A DNA stretch of 58,611 bases from an uncultured Nitrospirota bacterium (GTDB lineage Bacteria; CG2-30-53-67). Positions 37,863 through 45,628 of the stretch are shown piece by piece. The DNA is taken from the NCBI GenBank assembly GCA_945786985.1, contig CALZGC010000003.1, positions 1 through 58,611 on the forward strand, given 5' to 3'. The notes under the pieces were generated by a model that searched no databases, was not told where the DNA came from, and worked only from the letters and a program-made list of their open reading frames with translations. Positions within the stretch are counted from its first letter, which is position 1; the number at the start of each line of letters is the position of its first letter. Both the position numbers and the translations under genes were made by a program.

Positions 37863-38132
37863 CTTTCTTCCTCCCAAATAGGTTGAAAACTTGCTCCCGG
37901 GAATCTCAATCGTGCACCCCCAAGATTCCAGAACAGAGCCATCGTAAAAATAGAATATAATAATATAATGATTTCAGAATACAGGCAGAAAGTACGCGCC
38001 GGAGAGAAAATAATTGAGTTAGAGAGCCGAGCCAGTCGGGGGCGAATGGTTTAAAAGTCAATATAATCAGCTACTTGCAACATAAAGGCCATGAGAATTG
38101 CCGGTAGCCAGGCAATGTGGCAAAGTGATGCC

Positions 38133-39170
38133 ATGATTGAGATTGACGGGAGCCATGGGGAAGGAGGCGGCCAGATTGTCCGCACGTCCCTGAGCCTCTC
38201 GGCCCTTCTGCAGCGCCCCTTTCGCATCACGAACATCCGCAGGGCGCGGAAAAAGCCGGGCCTGATGCCGCAACACCTGGCCGCGGTGCGTGCACTCACG
38301 GAAATCACGGACGCAACCGTTTCGGGCGATGGGATCGCATCGACCGTGCTGCAGTTCGATCCCGGCGAGACGCGGGCCGGTCGATTCGCCTTTGACATTA
38401 CCACCGCCGGCTCTCTGTCGCTGCTGCTCCAGGCAGTGCTCCCACCGCTCGCTTTCGCACACGGCCCTTCACAGATCTCTTTGACCGGCGGTACCCATGT
38501 CCCCTTCAGCCCGACGTTTCACTATCTGGTGGAGGTCTTCTGCCCGCTCCTGCGGCGTCTGGGGGTCACTGTCTCCATGGACCTGGAGCAGCACGGATTC
38601 TACCCGAAGGGGGGCGGGCGCGTGTCAGTGCAGGTGGCTCCCTGCGCGGCGATCCAGACCGCTCACCTGACGGAAGCGGGGGAGCTGCGCAGCATCCGGG
38701 GGATCAGCGCCGTCACCAACCTACCGCTGCATATCGCCGGACGGCAACGTCAGGCATGCCTGCAAAGACTGTCCCGCCAGGGTTATGCGGCCCACATGGA
38801 ATCGGATGCCGTCGGGGGCCCGGGGGCGGGCAGCTTTGTCTTTCTGAGGATCGAAACGGACACACTCCTCGCGGGCTTCAGTGCACTCGGCGCCAGAGGG
38901 AAAAGGGCGGAGGCCGTCGGCATAGACGCGGCGGAGCAAGCGATCCGCCATCTTGCGACCGGTGCGTGTCTGGACCCCCATCTGGCTGACCAGATCGTCC
39001 TCTATCTCGCCGTGGCGCCCGGGGCGTCCGTCTTCACCACCTCGCGCATCACAGAGCATCTGCTCACCAATCTCTGGACGATCCAACGGTTTGTTGGTCT
39101 GGAATACACGGTGGACGGTACCAAAGGCCGGCCGGGCACAATAGCACTCAAGCCCGCTCCTGTCCGATAA
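38133..39170 (+). CDS. rtcA: RNA 3'-terminal phosphate cyclase
   Basis: ORF trimmed to ATG 38133. The N-terminus MIEIDGSHGEGGGQIVRTSLSLSALLQRPFRITNIRRARKKPGLMPQHLAAV matches the RtcA signature (GGGQ(I/V)(L/V)R ... GL..QH). Confidence 0.9.
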   Translation: MIEIDGSHGEGGGQIVRTSLSLSALLQRPFRITNIRRARKKPGLMPQHLAAVRALTEITDATVSGDGIASTVLQFDPGETRAGRFAFDITTAGSLSLLLQAVLPPLAFAHGPSQISLTGGTHVPFSPTFHYLVEVFCPLLRRLGVTVSMDLEQHGFYPKGGGRVSVQVAPCAAIQTAHLTEAGELRSIRGISAVTNLPLHIAGRQRQACLQRLSRQGYAAHMESDAVGGPGAGSFVFLRIETDTLLAGFSALGARGKRAEAVGIDAAEQAIRHLATGACLDPHLADQIVLYLAVAPGASVFTTSRITEHLLTNLWTIQRFVGLEYTVDGTKGRPGTIALKPAPVR

Positions 39171-39236
39171 ACGGGGACTGGGCAAGAAACCGCCGGGTGC
39201 GCCTATTGCGAGGTTCCTGCAGATTGGTCCGGACGC

Positions 39237-39338
39237 TCAGCCGAATATTGCATGAGTCAATCTACTAAGGGCCGCCTGTGGCGCCTCCCGTGCATCTGGG
39301 GCCTCTCATGACGATCATTCATGCCATACCCGGCCTAG
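39237..39338 (+). repeat. Short (about 100 bp) internally deleted copy B of the palindromic element
   Basis: The left arm CCGAATATTGCATGAGTCAATCTACTAAGGGCC is joined directly to the right arm GCCTGTGGCGCCTC...GGGGCCTCTCATGACGATCATTCATGCCATACCCGGCCTAG. Both arms align with copies A and C. The terminal CTAG (39335-39338) contains the stop codon of the CBS gene. Confidence 0.7.
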
Positions 39339-39784
39339 TTCCGGAGTTGACGCTCCCGCTTCTGCTCCTGGACAATCAGTGCCGCCACGTCGGTCAGCTG
39401 CTCAGCAAGCATTTCGATCAGATCATCCATGGCCAGAATCCCGGTGAGGACCCCTCTCTGATCAACCACCGGCATGCGGCGGACCCCCTTGTTGCGCATC
39501 CGCTTGATCGTGTCCCAGACGCTGTCGTCCTCACGCGCCGTCACCAGATCAAAACTCATGGCATCGCCCACGTCCACAGCATCCACATCCACGTCGTTGG
39601 CCAGGATCTCGATCACGAGGTCGCGGTCCGTGAGGATGCCGATGGGATAACGCTGGTGGCTTCGCTCCTCCACGACCACGATATCCCCAACGTGGAATTC
39701 CCGCATCAGCTGCGCAGCCTCCCGGATGGAGCCCTGTTTGCCCATGACGACCACTTCACGATTACAGATTTCTCCGACATCCAT
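39335..39784 (-). CDS. CBS-domain pair protein
   Basis: ORF trimmed to the ATG at 39784, with GGAGG upstream. Two CBS motifs are present (MREFHVGDIVVVEE ...; MRNKGVRRMPVVDQRGVLTGILAMDDL). Confidence 0.85.
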   Translation of the reverse strand: MDVGEICNREVVVMGKQGSIREAAQLMREFHVGDIVVVEERSHQRYPIGILTDRDLVIEILANDVDVDAVDVGDAMSFDLVTAREDDSVWDTIKRMRNKGVRRMPVVDQRGVLTGILAMDDLIEMLAEQLTDVAALIVQEQKRERQLRN

Positions 39785-39828
39785 GGAAACCTCCCCTGGG
39801 ACCCTGTGCACCTTAATCCCGGATCCGT

Positions 39829-40395
39829 TCAAGCTTCCAGACCGCCCCTCCCCTCAATCTTGACGGCGCTGGCCTGTGGCCCCGAATCGCCCGGCACCTC
39901 CGTGAACTGTACTTTGGTCCCGATCTTGAGCCGTTCGAAGCTGGCATTGACCACGCTGTTCCTGTGGAAGTAAATGTCCCGGCCCTCCACCGTCTCGATG
40001 CGCCCGTACCCTTCCTCTCGAACCAGATGTGAGACGCGGCCCGACGGCGAGGCTTCGTGGGTTTTCAACTGCCCCTGGCGCCGCCGGATATGGTTCTCCA
40101 ACTGCCGGCAGGCCGCATTGAAGGCATCCTTGGCAGCGATATAGACATCCGAATGCTCAGGCCGCCGCTCGCGGGAGCGATTGGCCACCAGCTCGCCATC
40201 CCGGACGGATAGATCGACCTTGACGTTGTAGACGCCCCCTTTCTGATGGTGTCTGTGCGGCCCCTCTACCACCACCCGACAGCTGGTTATCTCATTGTCG
40301 AAACGCTCCAGTTTCCTGGCCCTTTGACGGATTTTCTCCTCCAGCGCTTCCGATGGATCCACATTACGGAACGTAATCTGCAGCGGTATCTTCAT
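39829..40395 (-). CDS. hpf: Ribosome hibernation factor (HPF/RaiA, S30AE family) fused to a C-terminal cold-shock-like domain
   Basis: The ATG at 40395 has GGAGG 9 nt upstream. The N-terminal region MKIPLQITFRNVDPSEALEEKIRQRARKLERFDNEITSCRVVV is HPF/RaiA-like. The C-terminal region GRVSHLVREEGYGRIETVEGRDIYFHRNSV...KIGTKVQFTEV carries RNP1/RNP2-like cold-shock motifs. Confidence 0.85.
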   Translation of the reverse strand: MKIPLQITFRNVDPSEALEEKIRQRARKLERFDNEITSCRVVVEGPHRHHQKGGVYNVKVDLSVRDGELVANRSRERRPEHSDVYIAAKDAFNAACRQLENHIRRRQGQLKTHEASPSGRVSHLVREEGYGRIETVEGRDIYFHRNSVVNASFERLKIGTKVQFTEVPGDSGPQASAVKIEGRGGLEA

Positions 40396-40813
40396 CACGC
40401 AAACCTCCTCTGCTTTGCTTTTTTTAGGGGAATTGGGGGCGGGACTTTTCCACCCTTCAGGATCGGAGTCAACCAGATGGACATAAGAGCCCTTTCGGTC
40501 TGTTTGCTGCTTCTAAAATAGCGCAGGACCACCGATGTTTCAAGTACTCCCGGGGGAACGGGACCCCAGCGCCAGGTTCGCGCCCGGGGGGACGGGAGGA
40601 TCAGAGCCGTCCGCCCGCGCATCTCGAGCTTTTTTGTATTATTTTCAGTATGTTACGCTCAAACAAGACTGCGGCGGTTCGCCCCGTGCGCTTGCGGTTT
40701 ACCGGCCGTTGCCCTATCCTCGGAGCGCGCGGGCGCTCATGCGGTGCCGGCGACACACGCCCACCGACCCGGACGAATCGGTCGATCTCGTATCGATCGG
40801 CAGGAGGTTCAGG

Positions 40814-41233
40814 ATGATCAAACGGGTCTTCCGGTTTTTGGCATGGACCGGTGCAGCCTGTGTGATTCTTGCCACACTGGGAGAGACACGCCTGGCTTCC
40901 GCCGGGGAAGTGCAGAAACTTCTCTATCTTCTGGTTGAAGACGACATACTGATCGCATCCAACATCCACCTCAGCCGATTCGACGAAATGAGGCTGGGCG
41001 CGGACGAGCTCATCGTGCAGAAGGCCGTGGCCAACGCGGTGGCCGTCGTGGTGACCCGCAAGCGATTCATTGCCTACAGTGCCTTCACGGGCGCGTGGCG
41101 TCCCCTGCGTCTGTGGCCGGAGGAGAAACTGATCACTTTGGAGGCGCACGACTTCGCCGTGCACATCATGACCTCCGAGCGCATTCTGAACTTCAACGGC
41201 AGAAGCGGTATCTGGGCGCAGACGGAAAGGTAG
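40814..41233 (+). CDS. Hypothetical exported protein (139 aa)
   Basis: ORF 40535-41233 trimmed to ATG 40814, with AGGAGG at 40802-40807. The signal peptide is MIKRVFRFLAWTGAACVILATLGETRLASA. No motif is recognised. Confidence 0.55.
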   Translation: MIKRVFRFLAWTGAACVILATLGETRLASAGEVQKLLYLLVEDDILIASNIHLSRFDEMRLGADELIVQKAVANAVAVVVTRKRFIAYSAFTGAWRPLRLWPEEKLITLEAHDFAVHIMTSERILNFNGRSGIWAQTER

Positions 41234-41386
41234 GCACAAGCGAGGTACCCCGGCAGCGTGCGTACTCTGGTTGCGGCGCGCGGCAGTCATTCTTGACAAA
41301 AGATCCCGATCCTGCTACGTTTGTCCGCAATTTTCGTTTTCCAAATTGTGTTTTCGGACACCGGTCGGCATCTCTTCAGAGCCGTT

Positions 41387-42391
41387 ATGGAACCTGAGAC
41401 AAACACGACCCTGCGTACGGTACTCGTTGCCCTGGTGCTGCTACTCCTCGGACTCGGCGTGTATGCCTATTTCGATCGGCAACGGGTGAGCCGGTGGTTT
41501 GCCGGGGATATCATCGAGGGTGACGTCCAGAAGGAAACCCAGCTTCTCGAAGAGAAAATCGTTGGTCTCGAGGACGAGGTGGCGACCCTGAAAGAGGAGC
41601 TGGAGGCGGAGAGTGCTACTCCGGAGATACCCGATGTGCGGCTGAAGGAAGCTTTCGGTGTCGCGCCTGAAGACACCACCGGGGAGAGGGCCGGACACTC
41701 GGCCGTCCCGTGGGACACCGAGACCGCCGGCAAAGACCAGGGACAGATCCTCCATGAGAGGCTGACCCGTTTCTGCAACTATCTCGACGGCAGGGATTAT
41801 GTCGCTGCGTACGGTTTAAAGGGAGGCATTTACGAACACTTTCAGAACCTGCTCCCCGCCCTGCTCGCGAAACCACCGGCGGTGGTTCGCGAAACGGATG
41901 ATCTGCTGCGGGTGCTGCAGAACAGCGCGCATTTCTACCGGGTCCTCGGCAAGCAGAACCTTTACCTCATTCGGGATATCATCCGAAAAGAGCGGGATCT
42001 TATGGAGCCGGCGCTGGGGCTTTTCTATCAGGTCATTGAATCAGGGCAGCTCCCCACATCGAGCGAGGAGCATAGCGGTCAACAGGACCCGGTGGAGATT
42101 CCGCTGAGCGGCGTCTATGAATATGCCGCGTTTTTCCTGAACACCCTGGGGGGCAGCTCCTACCTCATCCGGCGGGACTCCCGGGTGAGGATGTTGAGCC
42201 AGTATTATGCACTGCGCATCCTGGATGTGGCCGAACAGCGCCGACTGAATAAGTGGGGTCTGGATATCCGCCAACCGCTCGAGAATCTCATCTCGGACAT
42301 GCAGGGTACGTCGAACCTTGCCCGGAAACGGACCTACCTCAGAAGCCTTCGGGCGATGCAGAACCGGTACGCAGAACAGTATGGCGGCTGA
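41387..42391 (+). CDS. Hypothetical membrane-anchored protein with a coiled-coil segment (334 aa)
   Basis: ORF trimmed to ATG 41387. An N-terminal TM helix (LRTVLVALVLLLLGLGVYAYF) is followed by a coiled-coil-like stretch (LLEEKIVGLEDEVATLKEELEAE) and an unrecognised globular C-terminal region. Confidence 0.6.
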   Translation: MEPETNTTLRTVLVALVLLLLGLGVYAYFDRQRVSRWFAGDIIEGDVQKETQLLEEKIVGLEDEVATLKEELEAESATPEIPDVRLKEAFGVAPEDTTGERAGHSAVPWDTETAGKDQGQILHERLTRFCNYLDGRDYVAAYGLKGGIYEHFQNLLPALLAKPPAVVRETDDLLRVLQNSAHFYRVLGKQNLYLIRDIIRKERDLMEPALGLFYQVIESGQLPTSSEEHSGQQDPVEIPLSGVYEYAAFFLNTLGGSSYLIRRDSRVRMLSQYYALRILDVAEQRRLNKWGLDIRQPLENLISDMQGTSNLARKRTYLRSLRAMQNRYAEQYGG

Positions 42392-42454
42392 CGTTACCGC
42401 TTGATAAGCCAGGGTGATGAATTCTTTCGCGCGAGTTCCGGGCGAGTTCAAGGC

Positions 42455-42511
42455 AGTATACATGGGCATCTGCGCCGTTGCAGCAGGATACCCATGCAAT
42501 ATACGGTCTAG
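42455..42511 (+). repeat. Partial copy D (right-arm terminus) of the palindromic element
   Basis: CATCTGCGCCGTTGCAGCAGGATACCCATGCAATATACGGTCTAG aligns with the copy C right end (TTCTGCGCCTTGCC...GATCACCCATGCAATATCCGCGCTAG). The terminal CTAG (42508-42511) contains the stop codon of the cNMP-domain gene. Confidence 0.55.
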
Positions 42512-42972
42512 AAAATGCGGGCGATGCGGTCGTAGGATTTCCGCAGACGGGTCGTCGTCGTCACGAAGATGTTCTTCAGGAGTTTCAGCCCCAGCATGGG
42601 ATGGCTGGAGACGAGCCGTTCGAAATCCCGACTGTGCAGAAGCAGGAGATCGGAGGCCTCCATGGCCTCTGCCGTCACCGATCGCGGGTTGCCCGTCAGC
42701 AGACAGAGCTCTCCCACCACCGAGCCGCCGTCGTAGAATCCGACGATGACATATTTCCCCTCGAATTCCGTTCTCTTCTTGATGCAGATCCTTCCCGACA
42801 GGATAAACGCTGCATAGTTGTCATCATTCCCCTCATGCCAGAGGGTCTCCCCGGAAGGAATCTGCCGGGTGTCGCAGAAGCCGAGAAAATTCTGAAGCTC
42901 ATCGTCCGTGAGGGATTCGAAGAAGCGAAAGGCTCCTCTCATCCGGGCACCGAGGGTATCGATGGTTTCCAT
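42508..42972 (-). CDS. Stand-alone cyclic-nucleotide-binding (CNB) domain protein, paralog of 24155-24622
   Basis: ORF trimmed to the ATG at 42972, with GGAGG about 10 nt upstream. The CNB motifs read GETLWHEGNDDNYAAFILSGRICI ... GELCLLTGNPRSVTAEA. Its C-terminal tail TRLRKSYDRIARIF is shared with the paralog. Confidence 0.85.
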   Translation of the reverse strand: METIDTLGARMRGAFRFFESLTDDELQNFLGFCDTRQIPSGETLWHEGNDDNYAAFILSGRICIKKRTEFEGKYVIVGFYDGGSVVGELCLLTGNPRSVTAEAMEASDLLLLHSRDFERLVSSHPMLGLKLLKNIFVTTTTRLRKSYDRIARIF

Positions 42973-43130
42973 CGCAGGCGGCCTCCGCAAAAGCGCTCTC
43001 TTTCAAGGGCATGAGACGCGTTACAGTTAACATACTAACTCTCTGGCCGTTGCGCAAGGGAAAAGAACGACCGGCGGGCACCCATACGGACAGGAGTTCT
43101 GACAGCGCAGGCGTCAGGATCCAAAAACGT

Positions 43131-43170
43131 GCCCGGATATGGCATGCGTGATCGTCATGCCAGACCCGGG
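43131..43170 (-). repeat. Solo terminal arm (copy F) of the palindromic element
   Basis: GCCCGGATATGGCATGCGTGATCGTCATGCCAGACCCGGG aligns with the copy A left end GCCCGGATATTGCATGAGTGATCATCATGAGAGGCCCCAG. Similarity is lost after about 40 nt. Confidence 0.5.
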
Positions 43171-43211
43171 CCGGGCGAATAAAACACAGGAATCAGGCCT
43201 GCCGTCCGTAA

Positions 43212-43586
43212 TTACCGGGCCGCCAGGTCTTTCTGATGGCAGCCGGTGCATTTGGTCGGCACACTCTTGCCGGCGGTGGCCATCTTCTTATGGCAGCCCT
43301 GGCAGCTCTTGTGCATGGCCGTCTTGTATTCGGGCGCACCGTTCCCCTGTCCGTGACATGAACTGCAGGCTTTCACCGCCTCCCCAGCCTTCGCGGTGTG
43401 ATGGCAATCGGCACACTGAACCCCCTCAAGATTTTGGTGGGCGTGATGTTTGAACGAGACGGGCGGAAATTTCTTCTGAACCTGGTTGATGACGATGACT
43501 TCGGCACCGTTGTCCGCTGCCGCCAGGGACACCGCCAGGGCCGTGGCAACAACGATTGTCAGCGCAATTGCGATGCTCTTCTTCAT
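43212..43586 (-). CDS. Tetraheme cytochrome c3 (class III), periplasmic; paralog of 37509-37862
   Basis: ORF trimmed to the ATG at 43586, with GGAGGAG upstream. A signal peptide is present, with four CxxCH sites (CADCH, CSSCH, CQGCH, CTGCH). Confidence 0.88.
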   Translation of the reverse strand: MKKSIAIALTIVVATALAVSLAAADNGAEVIVINQVQKKFPPVSFKHHAHQNLEGVQCADCHHTAKAGEAVKACSSCHGQGNGAPEYKTAMHKSCQGCHKKMATAGKSVPTKCTGCHQKDLAAR

Positions 43587-43626
43587 GATGGCTCCTCCTT
43601 TGGTTTCGGAAAGATTTGTTTGTAAG

Positions 43627-43866
43627 TCATCCGTCTTTTTCCTCTGGGCGGACAAAAGTCCGCCCCATGGACGCTTCTTCATCACCCCGCTCTTTCGGCG
43701 AGAACCCGCGGCGATAACTGCCGACGCAGATGACCAGAACGGCGAGCCCCGGAAGCAGCGGCGCGATACCCATCTCGCTGGACGGTTTCACACCGGTAAC
43801 GTGCAGGGCGGCATAGCCCAGCGCTACACTCACGAAAGCTCCTATCGTTGTAACGATTTTACTCAT
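43627..43866 (-). CDS. Possible small two-TM membrane protein (79 aa) upstream of cytochrome c3
   Basis: Two hydrophobic segments are present (IVTTIGAFVSVALGYAALHV; IAPLLPGLAVLVICVGSY). The ORF is co-directional with c3 and ends 40 nt before it. The SD is weak and there is no homology evidence. Confidence 0.4.
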   Translation of the reverse strand: MSKIVTTIGAFVSVALGYAALHVTGVKPSSEMGIAPLLPGLAVLVICVGSYRRGFSPKERGDEEASMGRTFVRPEEKDG

Positions 43867-44283
43867 GATGAGCTTGCCGCCTTAACGCGTGTTTCTATAT
43901 CATCCCCGCGAATTAGATCCCCCCATCAGTGACTGGCATACCAGCGCTCCATGAATCCCCGGTCCCGGCTGTGGTAGTGGTCTTCTGTCTTCGGTCTGCA
44001 GCCTGCGGTTCCCCGGGGCTGGCACGAAGTCGTTCCTTGTCACCTCCTTTCGCAAAAGGTACGACGGCGACCTTGGCCGCCTTTCCCACAGGATCTCCCG
44101 TATAGGCTTGATTCCGAACACCTTTCGTGACCCTACTGCCATCACGGGACCTGCCGTTTACCGGCCCCCCGGCACTGAAGAGAGCGCGCCGTCGGGACTT
44201 CCCATATCCGAATATTCATATCACCGCACTGCAATAAGTATGCCCACCGGTCGACGGACTTTCTAACTTATTGAGAAACCCAC

Positions 44284-44318
44284 AAAAAAACACGGAACCG
44301 CGGTTTGGGCGCTTTCCC
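44284..44318 (-). terminator. Second, weaker candidate intrinsic terminator downstream of hypD
   Basis: The minus-strand RNA GGGAAAGCGCCCAAACCGCGGUUCC forms an interrupted 7-bp hairpin and is followed by GUGUUUUUUU. Confidence 0.3.
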
Positions 44319-44357
44319 GCCTTCGGGACAGATTGCCTCGCCCAGGGCGTGTCGAAA

Positions 44358-44385
44358 CTCAAAAAACCATTTATTCCAAACGGTT
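44358..44385 (-). terminator. Candidate intrinsic terminator about 100 nt downstream of hypD
   Basis: The minus-strand RNA is AACCGUUU-GGAAU-AAAUGGUU (8 bp including one G-U pair) followed by UUUUGAGUUU. Confidence 0.45.
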
Positions 44386-44486
44386 ATTTCATCTGGGCAA
44401 TGTGGGATGGGTGATATGGAAAAGCAACATCGAAGCCCGAGGGGTTGGGGCAACAGCAGCGTTCCGTCCGGACGACGGAGAGATCC

Positions 44487-45599
44487 TCAACGGACCTGTT
44501 GATAGGTTAAATAGGCGTGGCAGGCACCCTCGGAGGAAACCATGCAGGCCCCCATAGGATTGCCGGGCGTGCACGCCCGCCCGAAAACCGGGCAGTCGGT
44601 CGGCTCCTGCTTGCCCCGCAGGATCTCCCCGCAGATGCAGACCCGGTGATCGTCCACGGGCGCCACCTGCAGCCTGTCGGCAAAGCACACCTCGGCATCG
44701 AGACCGGCGTAGTCGGGCTTCAGCGCCAAGCCGCTCGCTGGGATTTCCCCCAGCCCCCGCCAGCGAAAGCCATCACGTACAGCGAAATATTCGGCGACCA
44801 GCGCCTGGGCTTTCGGGTTTCCCTCCGGCTGGACAGCCCGGGTGTACTGAATCGCGACCTCGGCCCGCCCAGCCTCCATCTGCTCCAGAATCATCCGGAC
44901 ACTCTGCAGCATATCAACCGGCTCAAAACCGGAAACGACGACGGGCACCTGATGGCGCTCGCACAGGCCCCGGTAGATACCGATTCCGGTGATGGCCGTC
45001 ACGTGTCCGGGTGCGATGAAGGCCTGGATGGCAACATCGTCGGCACCCATAACGGCATCGAGGGCCGGCGGGACGAGGACATGATTCATATGGATCAGAA
45101 CGTTTTCAGTGCCGCTCTGCAGCACGGTGTGCACCAGAGCTGCCGTGAGGGGAGCTGTGGTCTCAAACCCGATGGCAAAATAGACCACCTGCTTTTCCGG
45201 CGCGTCCCCGGCGATCTTGAGCACATCCATGGGGGAGTAAACCATCCGGATGTCGCGCCCCTCGGCCCGTTCCCGGATCAGGGAACTCGACGATCCGGGC
45301 ACCCGCATCAAGTCCGCCAGCGTCACGAGCACCACGTCGTCACAGCGGGCGAGTGCAATAGCCTGATCGATCCTCTCCTTCGGAATGATGCAGACCGGGC
45401 ACCCGGGTCCATGTACAAAGCGGATGTCCGCCGGCAGCATCTGGTTCAGCCCGTAGCGCATGATGACGTGCGTGTGCCCGCCGCAGACCTCCATGATGCT
45501 GATACGCCCCGGCCGCATTTTACGGATGTCCGCGGCCAAAGCTTCCATCTTCCGGGCGTCTCTGAATTCTCGGAACCACTCGGCTGAAGATGCCAACGA
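44487..45599 (-). CDS. hypD: [NiFe]-hydrogenase maturation protein HypD
   Basis: Motifs IMEVCGGHTH, GPGCPVCI and GFETTAP, plus the C-terminal Cys cluster, are present. The longest ORF starts at GTG 45674 and overlaps hypB. I prefer the TTG at 45599, which has GGAGG 8 nt upstream and gives a typical length of about 370 aa. Confidence 0.9.
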   Translation of the reverse strand, partial: SLASSAEWFREFRDARKMEALAADIRKMRPGRISIMEVCGGHTHVIMRYGLNQMLPADIRFVHGPGCPVCIIPKERIDQAIALARCDDVVLVTLADLMRVPGSSSSLIRERAEGRDIRMVYSPMDVLKIAGDAPEKQVVYFAIGFETTAPLTAALVHTVLQSGTENVLIHMNHVLVPPALDAVMGADDVAIQAFIAPGHVTAITGIGIYRGLCERHQVPVVVSGFEPVDMLQSVRMILEQMEAGRAEVAIQYTRAVQPEGNPKAQALVAEYFAVRDGFRWRGLGEIPASGLALKPDYAGLDAEVCFADRLQVAPVDDHRVCICGEILRGKQEPTDCPVFGRACTPGNPMGACMVSSEGACHAYLTYQQVR

Positions 45600-45628
45600 A
45601 AAGACCTCCTGTGTCCCCTCCGGGCGGC

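Noticed and set aside
38118-38132. TGGCAAAGTGATGCC as a possible sigma54 (-24/-12) promoter for rtcA
   Set aside because: The GG-to-GC spacing is one nt shorter than the consensus. The site abuts the rtcA ATG, leaving no room for a transcript start and SD.
43900-44145. 81-aa ORF in the long spacer between hypD and the cytochrome c3 unit
   Set aside because: The product is Arg/Pro/Gly-rich with no SD and no motifs. I treat the region as non-coding.
44201-44240. CCGAATATTCATATCACC... as a possible seventh, highly decayed copy of the palindromic element
   Set aside because: Only about 9-10 nt match the arm (CCGAATATT), and there is no collinear continuation. This is not distinguishable from chance by eye.
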